A stretch of 40,851 bases of DNA from a virus (taxonomy: Duplodnaviria; Heunggongvirae; Uroviricota; Caudoviricetes): the IMG/VR virus record IMGVR_UViG_2671180411_000016. The stretch is one strand, 5' to 3'. The translations under genes were made by a program, and so were the position numbers. Shown in pieces: positions 9,450 through 18,496 of the stretch (the first letter of the stretch is position 1; each line of letters begins with the position of its first letter). The notes beneath the pieces are model-generated. The model made no database searches, had not been told where the DNA came from, and saw only the letters and a program-made list of their open reading frames with translations.

Positions 9450-10589
9450 TTAACCAAGAATCAGACAACCATGTGCCGGCTTCACTGATGAAACACCCCA
9501 TGCCAGTCCAACTTCATAGCGCACCTGGCGATACTGACGATACAGTGCAATCTGGAACGTAATCCCTGAAATCGGGTCCGTAACATTCATTACATCATCA
9601 GCATTATCGCCACCTTCCGGCATTGCCGGAGTACGGGATGCCAGCAGAAACGCGTTGCGATCAAACGCCATATTTGCAGTAAAGGCCCCAACAACTGTGA
9701 TGGCAGTATCATCGGCCAGATCCTGACGCAGTCCGGGCGCTGCAAGAGTAATCAGATTGCTGGTCGCTGCTGCCACAACATACTGATTCGGATCACCAGC
9801 GAACGTAACAATCTGACCTGCAGAAATACTCCCCGAACCAGTATCAATGGAAATAAGAACATCGCCTTCTTTTTTCTCTCCATTCACGAGATAACCAGTT
9901 GCAGCAACCTTTGGCGCTCGTTTCACACCTGCCGAACTGTGAATATTGAATCCCTCCAGACGCCCCAACACGCCCTCACGCAGTAGCTGTTCAGTGCCGG
10001 ATTCATTCACTTTAAACAATACAGACTGTTTTCCGCGCAAATTAGCAATGGCAGTGGAGCCAAGCACCATCTGCAGATCGGTTGTCGGTGCGCCGTTATC
10101 CTCCAGAACCTGACGAGCCAGAGCAGCATCAGAAAGATCATCTTTAACACCAAACGGCGTTGTCCCTGCGGTTCCCACGGCGCGGGAAGCACCGAAATAC
10201 AACGCACCAAGATCAGCCTCAACCTCGTTTGCAAGGGCGCGAAAAGCCTGCTTGAACTGATCAGCCAGAATGGTGTTGTAAGTCCCTGAAGGGCCAAGAG
10301 CCAGTTGTTCTTCACCATTCCATTTAACCGGTGCCATTTTGGATTTAGTAATTTTTACATCAACAGTGCCAATATTTTGATCACCGGTATTCGGAGCTGA
10401 CGGCCCCGGTACGATATCTTCGGTTTTCGCCTCAGGCGCAACTGGCGCGGTTACCGTCTGATCTTTTGCTGCGGCGTCAGCTTTTGCGTTTTTTGCTACC
10501 GCAGGGATAAAACCTACCTGCTCACGGGATACAACATCCAGGGCGGTATAAATAGTCGGGATCAACCCGGTCAGGGTATTTCCAGCCAT
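9450..10589 (-). CDS. major capsid protein
   Basis: ORF 9450..10682; start placed at the internal ATG 10589 (MAGNTLTGL...) preceded by AAGGA; position after the scaffold gene. Confidence 0.75.
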   Translation of the reverse strand: MAGNTLTGLIPTIYTALDVVSREQVGFIPAVAKNAKADAAAKDQTVTAPVAPEAKTEDIVPGPSAPNTGDQNIGTVDVKITKSKMAPVKWNGEEQLALGPSGTYNTILADQFKQAFRALANEVEADLGALYFGASRAVGTAGTTPFGVKDDLSDAALARQVLEDNGAPTTDLQMVLGSTAIANLRGKQSVLFKVNESGTEQLLREGVLGRLEGFNIHSSAGVKRAPKVAATGYLVNGEKKEGDVLISIDTGSGSISAGQIVTFAGDPNQYVVAAATSNLITLAAPGLRQDLADDTAITVVGAFTANMAFDRNAFLLASRTPAMPEGGDNADDVMNVTDPISGITFQIALYRQYRQVRYEVGLAWGVSSVKPAHGCLILG

Positions 10590-10687
10590 AATTAAATATT
10601 CCTTAAAAATTTGCGTAATTGTGAATAGATGGAGTAATGAGCTATCCAGCCCTGACACCAGCTCCCATCCGGAAGCTGACAAATGTG

Positions 10688-11452
10688 TTAATCAACGATT
10701 GTGATACCGTCTTTCAATGCGTTTTGCTTACCTGCAACATCCAGTGCATCAAAAGCAGAGCGTTTCATCGTTTTCTGACCAATATCATGCTGTGTCGGAC
10801 GGGAGCCGCCGCCATTGTTGCCACTGGCTTTCAGGATGTAGTCTTTCTGAGGGTAATTTTCGACAAGGAACTCCAGCGCCTCATCAAACTGCGCCAGTTC
10901 GCCAGGCTTCGCGCGGGAATAAATTTTGTTGCCGGAAGCGTCATAAGCAACGATCCTCCCTTCTTCCACTTTGAATGCCTGCCCGAAGCGGGCTTGTAAT
11001 AAATCTGCCGGAATCGCAATTTTATCGGCAATATATTTTGAACCCGCAAAACTACCGCCAATCATAGAATCGTAAAGCTGCTTCTCCAGCATCTGAGAGC
11101 GTTGCTTTTCTTCATCTAATTGCTGCTGAAAATTTTTCGTAATTTCTGCCTTAACCTGGTCAACCTGTCCCGCATCGAGCAGCTTTTTCTGGTCGATTTT
11201 TGACAGCATTTCCAGTGCCTCGATCGCCTTCTTCGGGTCTTCGATAGCGGCAAACTTAGCCAGTTTTTCCTCTGCAGCTTCTTTAGCCAGGCGATGATTT
11301 TTTGCCTCGCCATTAAGCTCTGTAATTTTTTTTGTCGCCAGCGGTGCATCGAAGCCAATTTCTTTACCATCGTCGTGCACATAAACTGGCAGGCCAGCAG
11401 TATCAATTTCTGCGTATTGTTTTCCGTTAATCTCGACCGTTTTCAGTTTCAT
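10688..11452 (-). CDS. capsid scaffolding protein
   Basis: Coiled-coil, Lys/Glu/Ala-rich; start at ATG 11452 (MKLKTVEINGKQ); sits between head morphogenesis protein and capsid gene. Confidence 0.7.
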   Translation of the reverse strand: MKLKTVEINGKQYAEIDTAGLPVYVHDDGKEIGFDAPLATKKITELNGEAKNHRLAKEAAEEKLAKFAAIEDPKKAIEALEMLSKIDQKKLLDAGQVDQVKAEITKNFQQQLDEEKQRSQMLEKQLYDSMIGGSFAGSKYIADKIAIPADLLQARFGQAFKVEEGRIVAYDASGNKIYSRAKPGELAQFDEALEFLVENYPQKDYILKASGNNGGGSRPTQHDIGQKTMKRSAFDALDVAGKQNALKDGITIVD

Positions 11453-11556
11453 ATTAGTACCTGGTTTAAGTCTTCCGACAGTTACGCTGCTCACCATCCG
11501 GATCGCAGCAATAAAAAAGGCCACCCGAAGGTAGCCTGTTGTAATAAATGATTTAT

Positions 11557-12672
11557 TTAAATCCCTGCTTTTCTGAATACCTGTGCATCACGCTCACGGA
11601 GCTGCTTCAGCGTCAGCCATTCGCCTTTATCGGTGTAAAATTCATCTGGCGACATACCACCATCCCGAATCAGCTTTGCTCGGCTTTCCCCCACAATCTG
11701 TTTTTGTCTGGTGTAAGGCTGACGCAAAAACCATTCCCTGTAGGTTGTATCTCCGGCCACCACGCCATCCATGCTGGCCCGCTCAGCCGGGGAAATATCG
11801 CGAACATCAATACCCAGTTCCTTCGCTGATTTCAGAATGAACGTTTCCGTTGAGCGGCAGCAGAAATGAATTTTTCCCGGCCCCTGCAAATAAGGCACGC
11901 TGTGACCTACAGGTTTATTATTCAGCGTATATTTGAGGCGATCCCTGATTCGACATTGTGGCGTAGTACGATTATCAAGCGTTGATAACCATTGCTTACC
12001 CTTAATCAAATCATTATTCGCGCTGGCAAAACTCTCACGGGCAGTAGCAGCAAGATGTCCAACCGCTGTTTTTGCAATGCTGGCCGCATTAGCCCGGCTC
12101 ATCTGCAATGCACCATCCTGAAATCCCTTACTGACATGTCCCCGAATTTTTCTTGCGATCTGCTCATTGGTATCCCCCAGCAAAAAACCCTGACGCACTG
12201 TATTTGTTATGCGTCTGAGCCGATCCGCCTCAAGATCTGAGGCCCACTCACTGAGCAGTCGTCCCTGGAATGGTCGCGCCATTGCAGCGGCATAAAGTGC
12301 ATCAGGAGAGATACCAACCAGAGGGTGAACATCAGCAACAAAATCAGGTAGCATAGAATCAAACAGACTTAACTGATAACCAGCCTCATAAATTGCCAGC
12401 TCGTTCAGCTCTCCGGAGAGACTGGTAAACATGCTGTTAATAGCAGTGCGGTTAACCTCTCTGACGCTCGCCAGAAGTGACTCCAGGCGCTTAACGGTAA
12501 AACTACCTGGATCGAGGCTGTCCAGTGCTATCAGCAGGCGAGCAGTAAGTTCCGCATCGCTGTCATTCAGTATTTTCACCATTCTGGCAGCCACGCCAGT
12601 GCTATAGCGGGATATCCAGACTGCATGAGCAATTGATTCATCACGCAGCCGTTCATTCACGGTTTGCATCAT
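11557..12672 (-). CDS. head morphogenesis protein (SPP1 gp7 / Mu F-like minor head protein)
   Basis: 371 aa ORF immediately downstream of portal; family assignment from position and general sequence character. Confidence 0.65.
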   Translation of the reverse strand: MMQTVNERLRDESIAHAVWISRYSTGVAARMVKILNDSDAELTARLLIALDSLDPGSFTVKRLESLLASVREVNRTAINSMFTSLSGELNELAIYEAGYQLSLFDSMLPDFVADVHPLVGISPDALYAAAMARPFQGRLLSEWASDLEADRLRRITNTVRQGFLLGDTNEQIARKIRGHVSKGFQDGALQMSRANAASIAKTAVGHLAATARESFASANNDLIKGKQWLSTLDNRTTPQCRIRDRLKYTLNNKPVGHSVPYLQGPGKIHFCCRSTETFILKSAKELGIDVRDISPAERASMDGVVAGDTTYREWFLRQPYTRQKQIVGESRAKLIRDGGMSPDEFYTDKGEWLTLKQLRERDAQVFRKAGI

Positions 12673-14067
12673 TGATTTCCATCAGCATTACACTCTGATT
12701 TTTTAATTCATCGATCACTTCCTCTGGACGGGAATCCTGATCGATAAATTTCAACGCCTGCAACACCCGAACCGCATCAATCTGACGTATATCACCGCCC
12801 TGACGCAATGACTGAACAGCCAGCGCGGAGGATGAGTCAAACACCTGGGCAGATACATCCAGTTCAGTGCGCACATCCACATTGCCACCGCAACTCTCTC
12901 CGATCCATTCCGCCATTATCTGGAGAATATTATCGAGGGCATCTTCGAGGGAGTTCGCCATTGTATAAAGCGGCGAGTTTTCCTGCATTCGCTCTTCATT
13001 AGTCTGATCAACAGATTTGGTGGATGTATTTTCAGCACGCAGAAGTTTAGCGCCGGCATGACGCATCTGATTTTCCAGCTTCTCAAGTGATGTTTCGCCA
13101 GATTCTATCGCTGCGCCACTATGTTCAACATATTCGAGGCCATTTTTTGTTCTGTCCTCAAAAATCGTAGCGGTGGATGCACCAACCGTCAGTTCTTCAT
13201 TCCTGTCCAGCCCGTAGGCCACCAGCAATGGAACGCGGGCAACATGAAGAATATTGTCCTGCTCGCTCTGGCTTTGCCAGTGCTTGATATTCAGCAAGCC
13301 AAGATTAAGCAATGGCGGTGTACCACGCATAAATCCTGTTTTCTTCGTGTACAGTGTTACCAGAGGAATATCATCACGGCTGGTATTCCATGACTCATGA
13401 AGCGTCCAGACAGATTNNNNNNNNNNNNNNNNNNNNNNNNNNNNNNNNNNNNNNNNNNNNNNNNNNNNNNNNNNNNNNNNNNNNNNNNNNNNNNNNNNNN
13501 NNNNNNNNNNNNNNNNNNNNNNNNNNNNNNNNNNNNNNNNNNNNNNNNNNNNNNNNNNNNNNNNNNNNNNNNNNNNNNNNNNNNNNNNNNNNNNNNNNNN
13601 NNNNNNNNNNNNNNNNNNNNNNNNNNNNNNNNNNNNNNNNNNNNNNNNNNNNNNNNNNNNNNNNNNATCTCTTTCATATCCGTTCGTGGATAGTCCACCA
13701 GCGCATGTGCCACACCATACTGAAATGCGAGGCTGAAAAATTGCTGCGCCCACACATCCAGTCGGCTCCCCTCCATGTCGATATTTTCTGCATATTCCCT
13801 GATTTTTGCCGGCGTTTCCTCACTCAATACTGTCGGCTCTGCAAATATGCGCCCAATATTTTGCTTGATGCTTTCTTCATACACAGGAAGTAGCGTAGCC
13901 ACAGACAGGCGTTTTTTATAAGCGTCTTCATCTTCGTTAGGCCATTTTGGGAGATAATTTTCCCCCTGCCTGCGCATTTCAAGCGTACCGCCCATCAGTG
14001 CGTCGTTAATATCCCACGCCTCCAGCATATCGTTATAGTCGAGGTTGGGTGTTGATATATCAGCCAT
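12653..14067 (-). CDS. portal protein (interrupted by N-run 13417..13666; frame not continuous as given)
   Basis: Two ORF pieces (13357..14067 N-terminal, 12653..13753 C-terminal) flank the N-run; position between terminase and head morphogenesis gene. Confidence 0.75.
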
Positions 14068-14069
14068 AA

Positions 14070-15377
14070 TTAAATCCGAAGTGATGTGACTCTTCCGGTC
14101 GGTTTGACAATAGGGAATTGCTTAACGATGAAATAACCTCCGGCATCATTCGGGTGATCATTGCCAGATTTTTTATCAGGCTCCCCCTTCTCATCCCAGA
14201 CCTGTTGCTCCAGAGATTCGGCATATAACGGGCAACGCTTCACATTAACTTTATAGCGACGCTCACCATTGGCATTGCAGAACATTGCATTCATTGAGTT
14301 AACGCGATCTTTTACTGGCGGGTTCGAGCTGTTCACCACAACGTTAAAACCAGCCTGCTTAAGCTGGGCTATATCCGTCGTACTTGCGTTACTTGATTTT
14401 CTGGAATCCCCGGAAGCATCTGGATAAATATAAATTTCCCTCACTTTCCGGTAATCATTCCCATCATACAGCCAGAAGCGTTCTTTAATGATGCGGATCA
14501 TATCCGGCGTATCGTAGGCATTGATGATTTCAGTTACCGCACATGGAAGCCCCAAACGCAGCACATGGACGATTCCCGCCATCTTTCCAACGTTAAAATC
14601 CATCCCAATATAAATCGGCTCCCCTGGCTGCTCCACTTCTTCGCAATTATTCAGTTTCCGGTCAAACTGATGGTAAACAGTACCACTTGTCAGGTTAGTA
14701 AACTGTCCTCGAAGATAGGCTTTAATCAGCTCTGGAGGGTATGATTCAAGAAGCGAAGGAATGTAATCTGCTGGCAGGTTCTTTTCATTATCGAAAGTAG
14801 ATGCCTGCACCAGACCATACAGTGAGGCCAGCTCTGTTTTTTCACGCACGGCTTTAACAAACTGCTCGTAGACAAATTTGAATCCTTCCGGCGTGGTTGT
14901 AACGTCAATACCGTTGCGAAGTCCATCAATCTTATAACGCATACGTGCAATTATCTTGCGCCACGCCGTTCTGGCTTTTTCCTTCGGCAAAATGTCCAGT
15001 TCATCCACCAACGCATTACCAATTTTGAAACCGACGATCGTTTGTGGCTTCTCCATCGATCTGCAGATAGTGGTTCCCCGATACTGGCGTCCGTAATAAA
15101 AGTGAACCTCTTTATTTCCCTCATTAATTTTTACGTTCAATCCCCAGTCAGCAGCAACTTCTTCCACTGTAGGGTAAAAAATATCGCGAATTTGGGGATA
15201 CGTTGGCGCAAAATATCCCTGATTTATACCTGGATGCTCCCAAATCCCCTTGCATATGCCGCCACACCCAACCCATGTTTTGCCCGAGCCAAAACCAGCA
15301 ATATAGGCTTTAAATTTATGGGGCATTGAAAGAAATCGCGCCTGAGGCACATTAAGCGTCGGAGAGATCATCTTCAT
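14070..15377 (-). CDS. terminase large subunit
   Basis: Walker A GFGSGKT near the N-terminus; 436 aa ORF; first codon of the track ORF is GTG, ATG at 15377. Confidence 0.9.
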   Translation of the reverse strand: MKMISPTLNVPQARFLSMPHKFKAYIAGFGSGKTWVGCGGICKGIWEHPGINQGYFAPTYPQIRDIFYPTVEEVAADWGLNVKINEGNKEVHFYYGRQYRGTTICRSMEKPQTIVGFKIGNALVDELDILPKEKARTAWRKIIARMRYKIDGLRNGIDVTTTPEGFKFVYEQFVKAVREKTELASLYGLVQASTFDNEKNLPADYIPSLLESYPPELIKAYLRGQFTNLTSGTVYHQFDRKLNNCEEVEQPGEPIYIGMDFNVGKMAGIVHVLRLGLPCAVTEIINAYDTPDMIRIIKERFWLYDGNDYRKVREIYIYPDASGDSRKSSNASTTDIAQLKQAGFNVVVNSSNPPVKDRVNSMNAMFCNANGERRYKVNVKRCPLYAESLEQQVWDEKGEPDKKSGNDHPNDAGGYFIVKQFPIVKPTGRVTSLRI

Positions 15378-16455
15378 CACTCCTTACTCTGGCATCAACC
15401 ACATTAATATTGATCGCCACAGGCTGGGGATGTTCATTATCTTCCACCGTTTCGATCTCTTTGCGCAGCTTCTGGTTTTCCATTCTGCGCCGTTCAATTT
15501 CCAGTTCCCGTAGCCGCTTATCTGCACATAAAGCCCCGCCAGCAGAAAACAAACGCAACAATTCACGNNNNNNNNNNNNNNNNNNNNNNNNNNNNNNNNN
15601 NNNNNNNNNNNNNNNNNNNNNNNNNNNNNNNNNNNNNNNNNNNNNNNNNNNNNNNNNNNNNNNNNNNNNNNNNNNNNNNNNNNNNNNNNNNNNNNNNNNN
15701 NNNNNNNNNNNNNNNNNNNNNNNNNNNNNNNNNNNNNNNNNNNNNNNNNNNNNNNNNNNNNNNNNNNNNNNNNNNNNNNNNNNNNNNNNNNNNNNNNNNN
15801 NNNNNNNNNNNNNNNNNNNNTCTGCTATATCGCGCCACTGGTAGAGATGATTCTCGCCCCAGCAATAACGGCAGTTAACACGGCGAAATTGTGCAAGCTG
15901 ATTGGGGTCGGCCAGGACAATAGCCATCAACTGACTCACTAGTAAATCCAGGTCTGCGGTATAGCGTTTCTGGTACTGATTGCGGAAGTAGCTGATAGCG
16001 CGAAAAACCCTGGCATTTCTAAGCATACGACTGGCGTTGCTGTTAGCTGTCGCACCTTGCCCCTCATAACCGGCTAGTCGGTACGCCTCTGTCGGCTTTT
16101 TACCCTGAGCAACAAGCATCGCAAACTTAGCCTGCTGGTCAGAAATGCCGAATTCATCGGGACAGAACGAAAATTCCTCCGCGTCGCCCTCATTCAGGCC
16201 CGCATCGAATACTGGCTTTTTTTCCTGAGATTTTTCGTTCCGCTTTTGTGCAGTCTGCGCAGATTTTTTCTGCGCACTTTTTTGCGCAGTTTTGCACATT
16301 TCTGTCTGCGCATTTTTCGGAGTTTTTTTGATGTAACGACGGGCTGTTGCGTAATTCAGTCCCCTTGCTTCACACCATGCCACCGGAGATATACCGGAGC
16401 GGGTGTATTCAGCAATATACTCCTGCTGCAACGCCCCCCAGTCCGGTCTGCTCAT
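15352..16455 (-). CDS. terminase small subunit (interrupted by N-run 15568..15820)
   Basis: N-terminal HTH-like region, K/A/Q-rich linker, TEAYRLAGY motif typical of small terminases; overlaps the large terminase start. Confidence 0.8.
   Translation of the reverse strand: MSRPDWGALQQEYIAEYTRSGISPVAWCEARGLNYATARRYIKKTPKNAQTEMCKTAQKSAQKKSAQTAQKRNEKSQEKKPVFDAGLNEGDAEEFSFCPDEFGISDQQAKFAMLVAQGKKPTEAYRLAGYEGQGATANSNASRMLRNARVFRAISYFRNQYQKRYTADLDLLVSQLMAIVLADPNQLAQFRRVNCRYCWGENHLYQWRDIAXXXXXXXXXXXXXXXXXXXXXXXXXXXXXXXXXXXXXXXXXXXXXXXXXXXXXXXXXXXXXXXXXXXXXXXXXXXXXXXXXXXXXRELLRLFSAGGALCADKRLRELEIERRRMENQKLRKEIETVEDNEHPQPVAININVVDARVRSDEDDLSDA
16246..16330. repeat. five copies of TGCGCA (one TGCACA) each followed by a T-run, inside the 5' part of the small-terminase gene
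   Basis: Read directly: TGCGCA at 16256, 16271, 16283, 16307 and TGCACA at 16293, each followed by T4-7. Confidence 0.6.
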
Positions 16456-16458
16456 CAG

Positions 16459-16710
16459 TTAGTCCTGATTTTTATCCACCCTGAGTAGTTCGCGCAGAGC
16501 AAAGGCATCCCCTTTTCTGGCAAGCTTAAACAATGCCGCTCGTAACTCGGCTTCACCTTTCGCTCTGCCCTTACGGATGGCCGCATAAAAATCTGTCATT
16601 GCTTCCCGATTTTCTTTCAGTCGGTTCAGATCAACATCCAGAACGTCAGCGATTTGTTGTGCAGTCATCCGGCACGCTGCCAGAGACTCGACTTTCGAAT
16701 ACGGAATCAT
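16459..16710 (-). CDS. small hypothetical protein upstream of terminase
   Basis: 83 aa ORF; its stop lies 3 nt from the small-terminase ATG. Confidence 0.45.
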   Translation of the reverse strand: MIPYSKVESLAACRMTAQQIADVLDVDLNRLKENREAMTDFYAAIRKGRAKGEAELRAALFKLARKGDAFALRELLRVDKNQD

Positions 16711-17578
16711 TTGTCACCCCCATTGATATGCAGGGTGTCTTCTTCCTGTATTTTTCGTGAAGGATTTTTACTGCAGCGTTGTTCCAGGTGACCTGATGGT
16801 GAATGCGTTTATGACTGGCACCCATAAGTGAGATTTTTACGCACGACGGCGCATACATGACGGAGTAAAAACTTTTAACGTAGGTTCCGGAATCCAGATA
16901 CAGCTCGGTCATTCCGCCGCTGTTTTTCTGCGTCTGTTTCTGCCCTAACTGGACAGCACCGATCGTCATAAACAATTCACCACAGCGACCGAGATTCGTG
17001 TACGTATTCACATCCTCGTTAATGCGCCCCATGAATGAGAACGGTCGATCAACCGAACAGATAAAGCTGTTCATTGCCTTGCGTTTCACCCACGAAGCAT
17101 GGCCGCCATTGTCACCAAGAAAATCCCCGCCCTGCGACATAGCGATGGAAAGAGCAGGTATTGATTCGTAGTACGCAAGCATTTCAGAAAGGATCTCATC
17201 CAGTTTCCTTATCGGGAAATAGGCCTGGTCATAGTTGCGATCCACCCGAAACTGGAACTCGTGATAATCATCATCGAGCTGAATGAAGTATTTACACCCG
17301 ACCAGTTTTGCCTGGTCGAAACAGGCATTACGGGCGTAAAAAATTGAGCGGCGGTCACTAAAATTATCGGCTTCGTCAAAACGACTAGCAATATCGGCTT
17401 TGGAAAATACCAGCACCTGTTCACCAAATTCAGCCATGTACTGATGCCGTGTCTTATCTTCATCATCAACAACGATAAAAATTTTCCCGGTATAGCCAGC
17501 ACGACGCAACGTCCGGTAAGTCAGAACTTTGTCCGGTCGCCCGTGAGTCAGAATAAAGGCGCAAAAATCATCACGCAT
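16646..17578 (-). CDS. hypothetical protein with two acidic DxD-like motifs (IVVDDED, QLDDDY); possible nucleotide-sugar transferase-like fold
   Basis: ORF 16646..17596; ATG 17578 is preceded by GGAGGAGG and overlaps the ParB-like stop by 8 nt. Confidence 0.5.
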   Translation of the reverse strand: MRDDFCAFILTHGRPDKVLTYRTLRRAGYTGKIFIVVDDEDKTRHQYMAEFGEQVLVFSKADIASRFDEADNFSDRRSIFYARNACFDQAKLVGCKYFIQLDDDYHEFQFRVDRNYDQAYFPIRKLDEILSEMLAYYESIPALSIAMSQGGDFLGDNGGHASWVKRKAMNSFICSVDRPFSFMGRINEDVNTYTNLGRCGELFMTIGAVQLGQKQTQKNSGGMTELYLDSGTYVKSFYSVMYAPSCVKISLMGASHKRIHHQVTWNNAAVKILHEKYRKKTPCISMGVTNDSVFESRVSGSVPDDCTTNR

Positions 17579-18359
17579 ATTCCTCCTCCCCGCCATGCAT
17601 GATCTCCACCATGCGCTGCGTCATTCGGACAAATCCATTTTCAATAGCCTGCTGATAATCAATGATCACCAGCGCCGACTCCTCGAAAAGGCACTGAATT
17701 TCAGCGGGGGCATGAGCGTAATAGTCCGCAATTCTGCTGAAATTAAACACCGTGTGACGTTCTGCTGCACACAGGAGGAATTTCTCAATATCAGGATCAA
17801 GGGACGCCGAACGTATCCGGCTGATCAGCTCCTGAGTTTTCGTATCGTCGTACAGTTCACTGATATCCGGTTTACCGCCTGACGGCTCATAAACAGGCGT
17901 ATCAATTTTCGTCGTATACGGCTCCTCCTCATTTCCTGTACCGGGCAAAACATCCGTCAACAGTTCATCAATTTCTGCCGGGATGAAGCCTGTCAGGGAG
18001 ACATCAAAATCAGCATTGATTAGGTCCGACAGCTCCATCCGCAACAGATCTTCATCCCAGCCAGCATTCATCGGCAGGCGATTATCTGCCAGGCGGTACG
18101 CCTTTTTCTGCTCATCCGTCAGGCCAGACAGAACAATGACCGGAACAGAATCCATTTTGAGCATTTCAGCCGCCATAACACGACCGTGACCCGCAATAAT
18201 TTCGCCCTTTTCGTCAATCAGCACCGGATTAGTCCAGCCGAATTGCTTAATACTTTCTACCAGTTGTGCCACCTGCTCAGTACTGTGCGTCCTGGCGTTG
18301 TGCGCATACGGTGACAATTCTTGTAATGGGCGATAGACTATCTTTAATTTCTCGCTCAT
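17571..18359 (-). CDS. ParB N-terminal (ParB/sulfiredoxin-like nuclease) domain protein
   Basis: 262 aa; motif IIAGHGRVMAA typical of the ParB N-terminal domain. Confidence 0.75.
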   Translation of the reverse strand: MSEKLKIVYRPLQELSPYAHNARTHSTEQVAQLVESIKQFGWTNPVLIDEKGEIIAGHGRVMAAEMLKMDSVPVIVLSGLTDEQKKAYRLADNRLPMNAGWDEDLLRMELSDLINADFDVSLTGFIPAEIDELLTDVLPGTGNEEEPYTTKIDTPVYEPSGGKPDISELYDDTKTQELISRIRSASLDPDIEKFLLCAAERHTVFNFSRIADYYAHAPAEIQCLFEESALVIIDYQQAIENGFVRMTQRMVEIMHGGEEEYA

Positions 18360-18496
18360 ACAGCCTTGCTTTATGAATAAAACGCACCCCAGCAGCCAGT
18401 GCTACTGGGGGCGGAGGTGTTGCTGGTAAAGTTAGGTATTGGATCAATGAGTGAGTCAACATAATATTAAACTCACAATTATAAATCAGCCATATA

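Noticed and set aside
13417-13666. N-run inside the portal gene
   Set aside because: Masked or unsequenced bases, not a biological feature; it only makes the portal frame appear discontinuous.
15568-15820. N-run inside the small-terminase gene
   Set aside because: Masked bases; the flanking ORF halves are consistent with a single gene.
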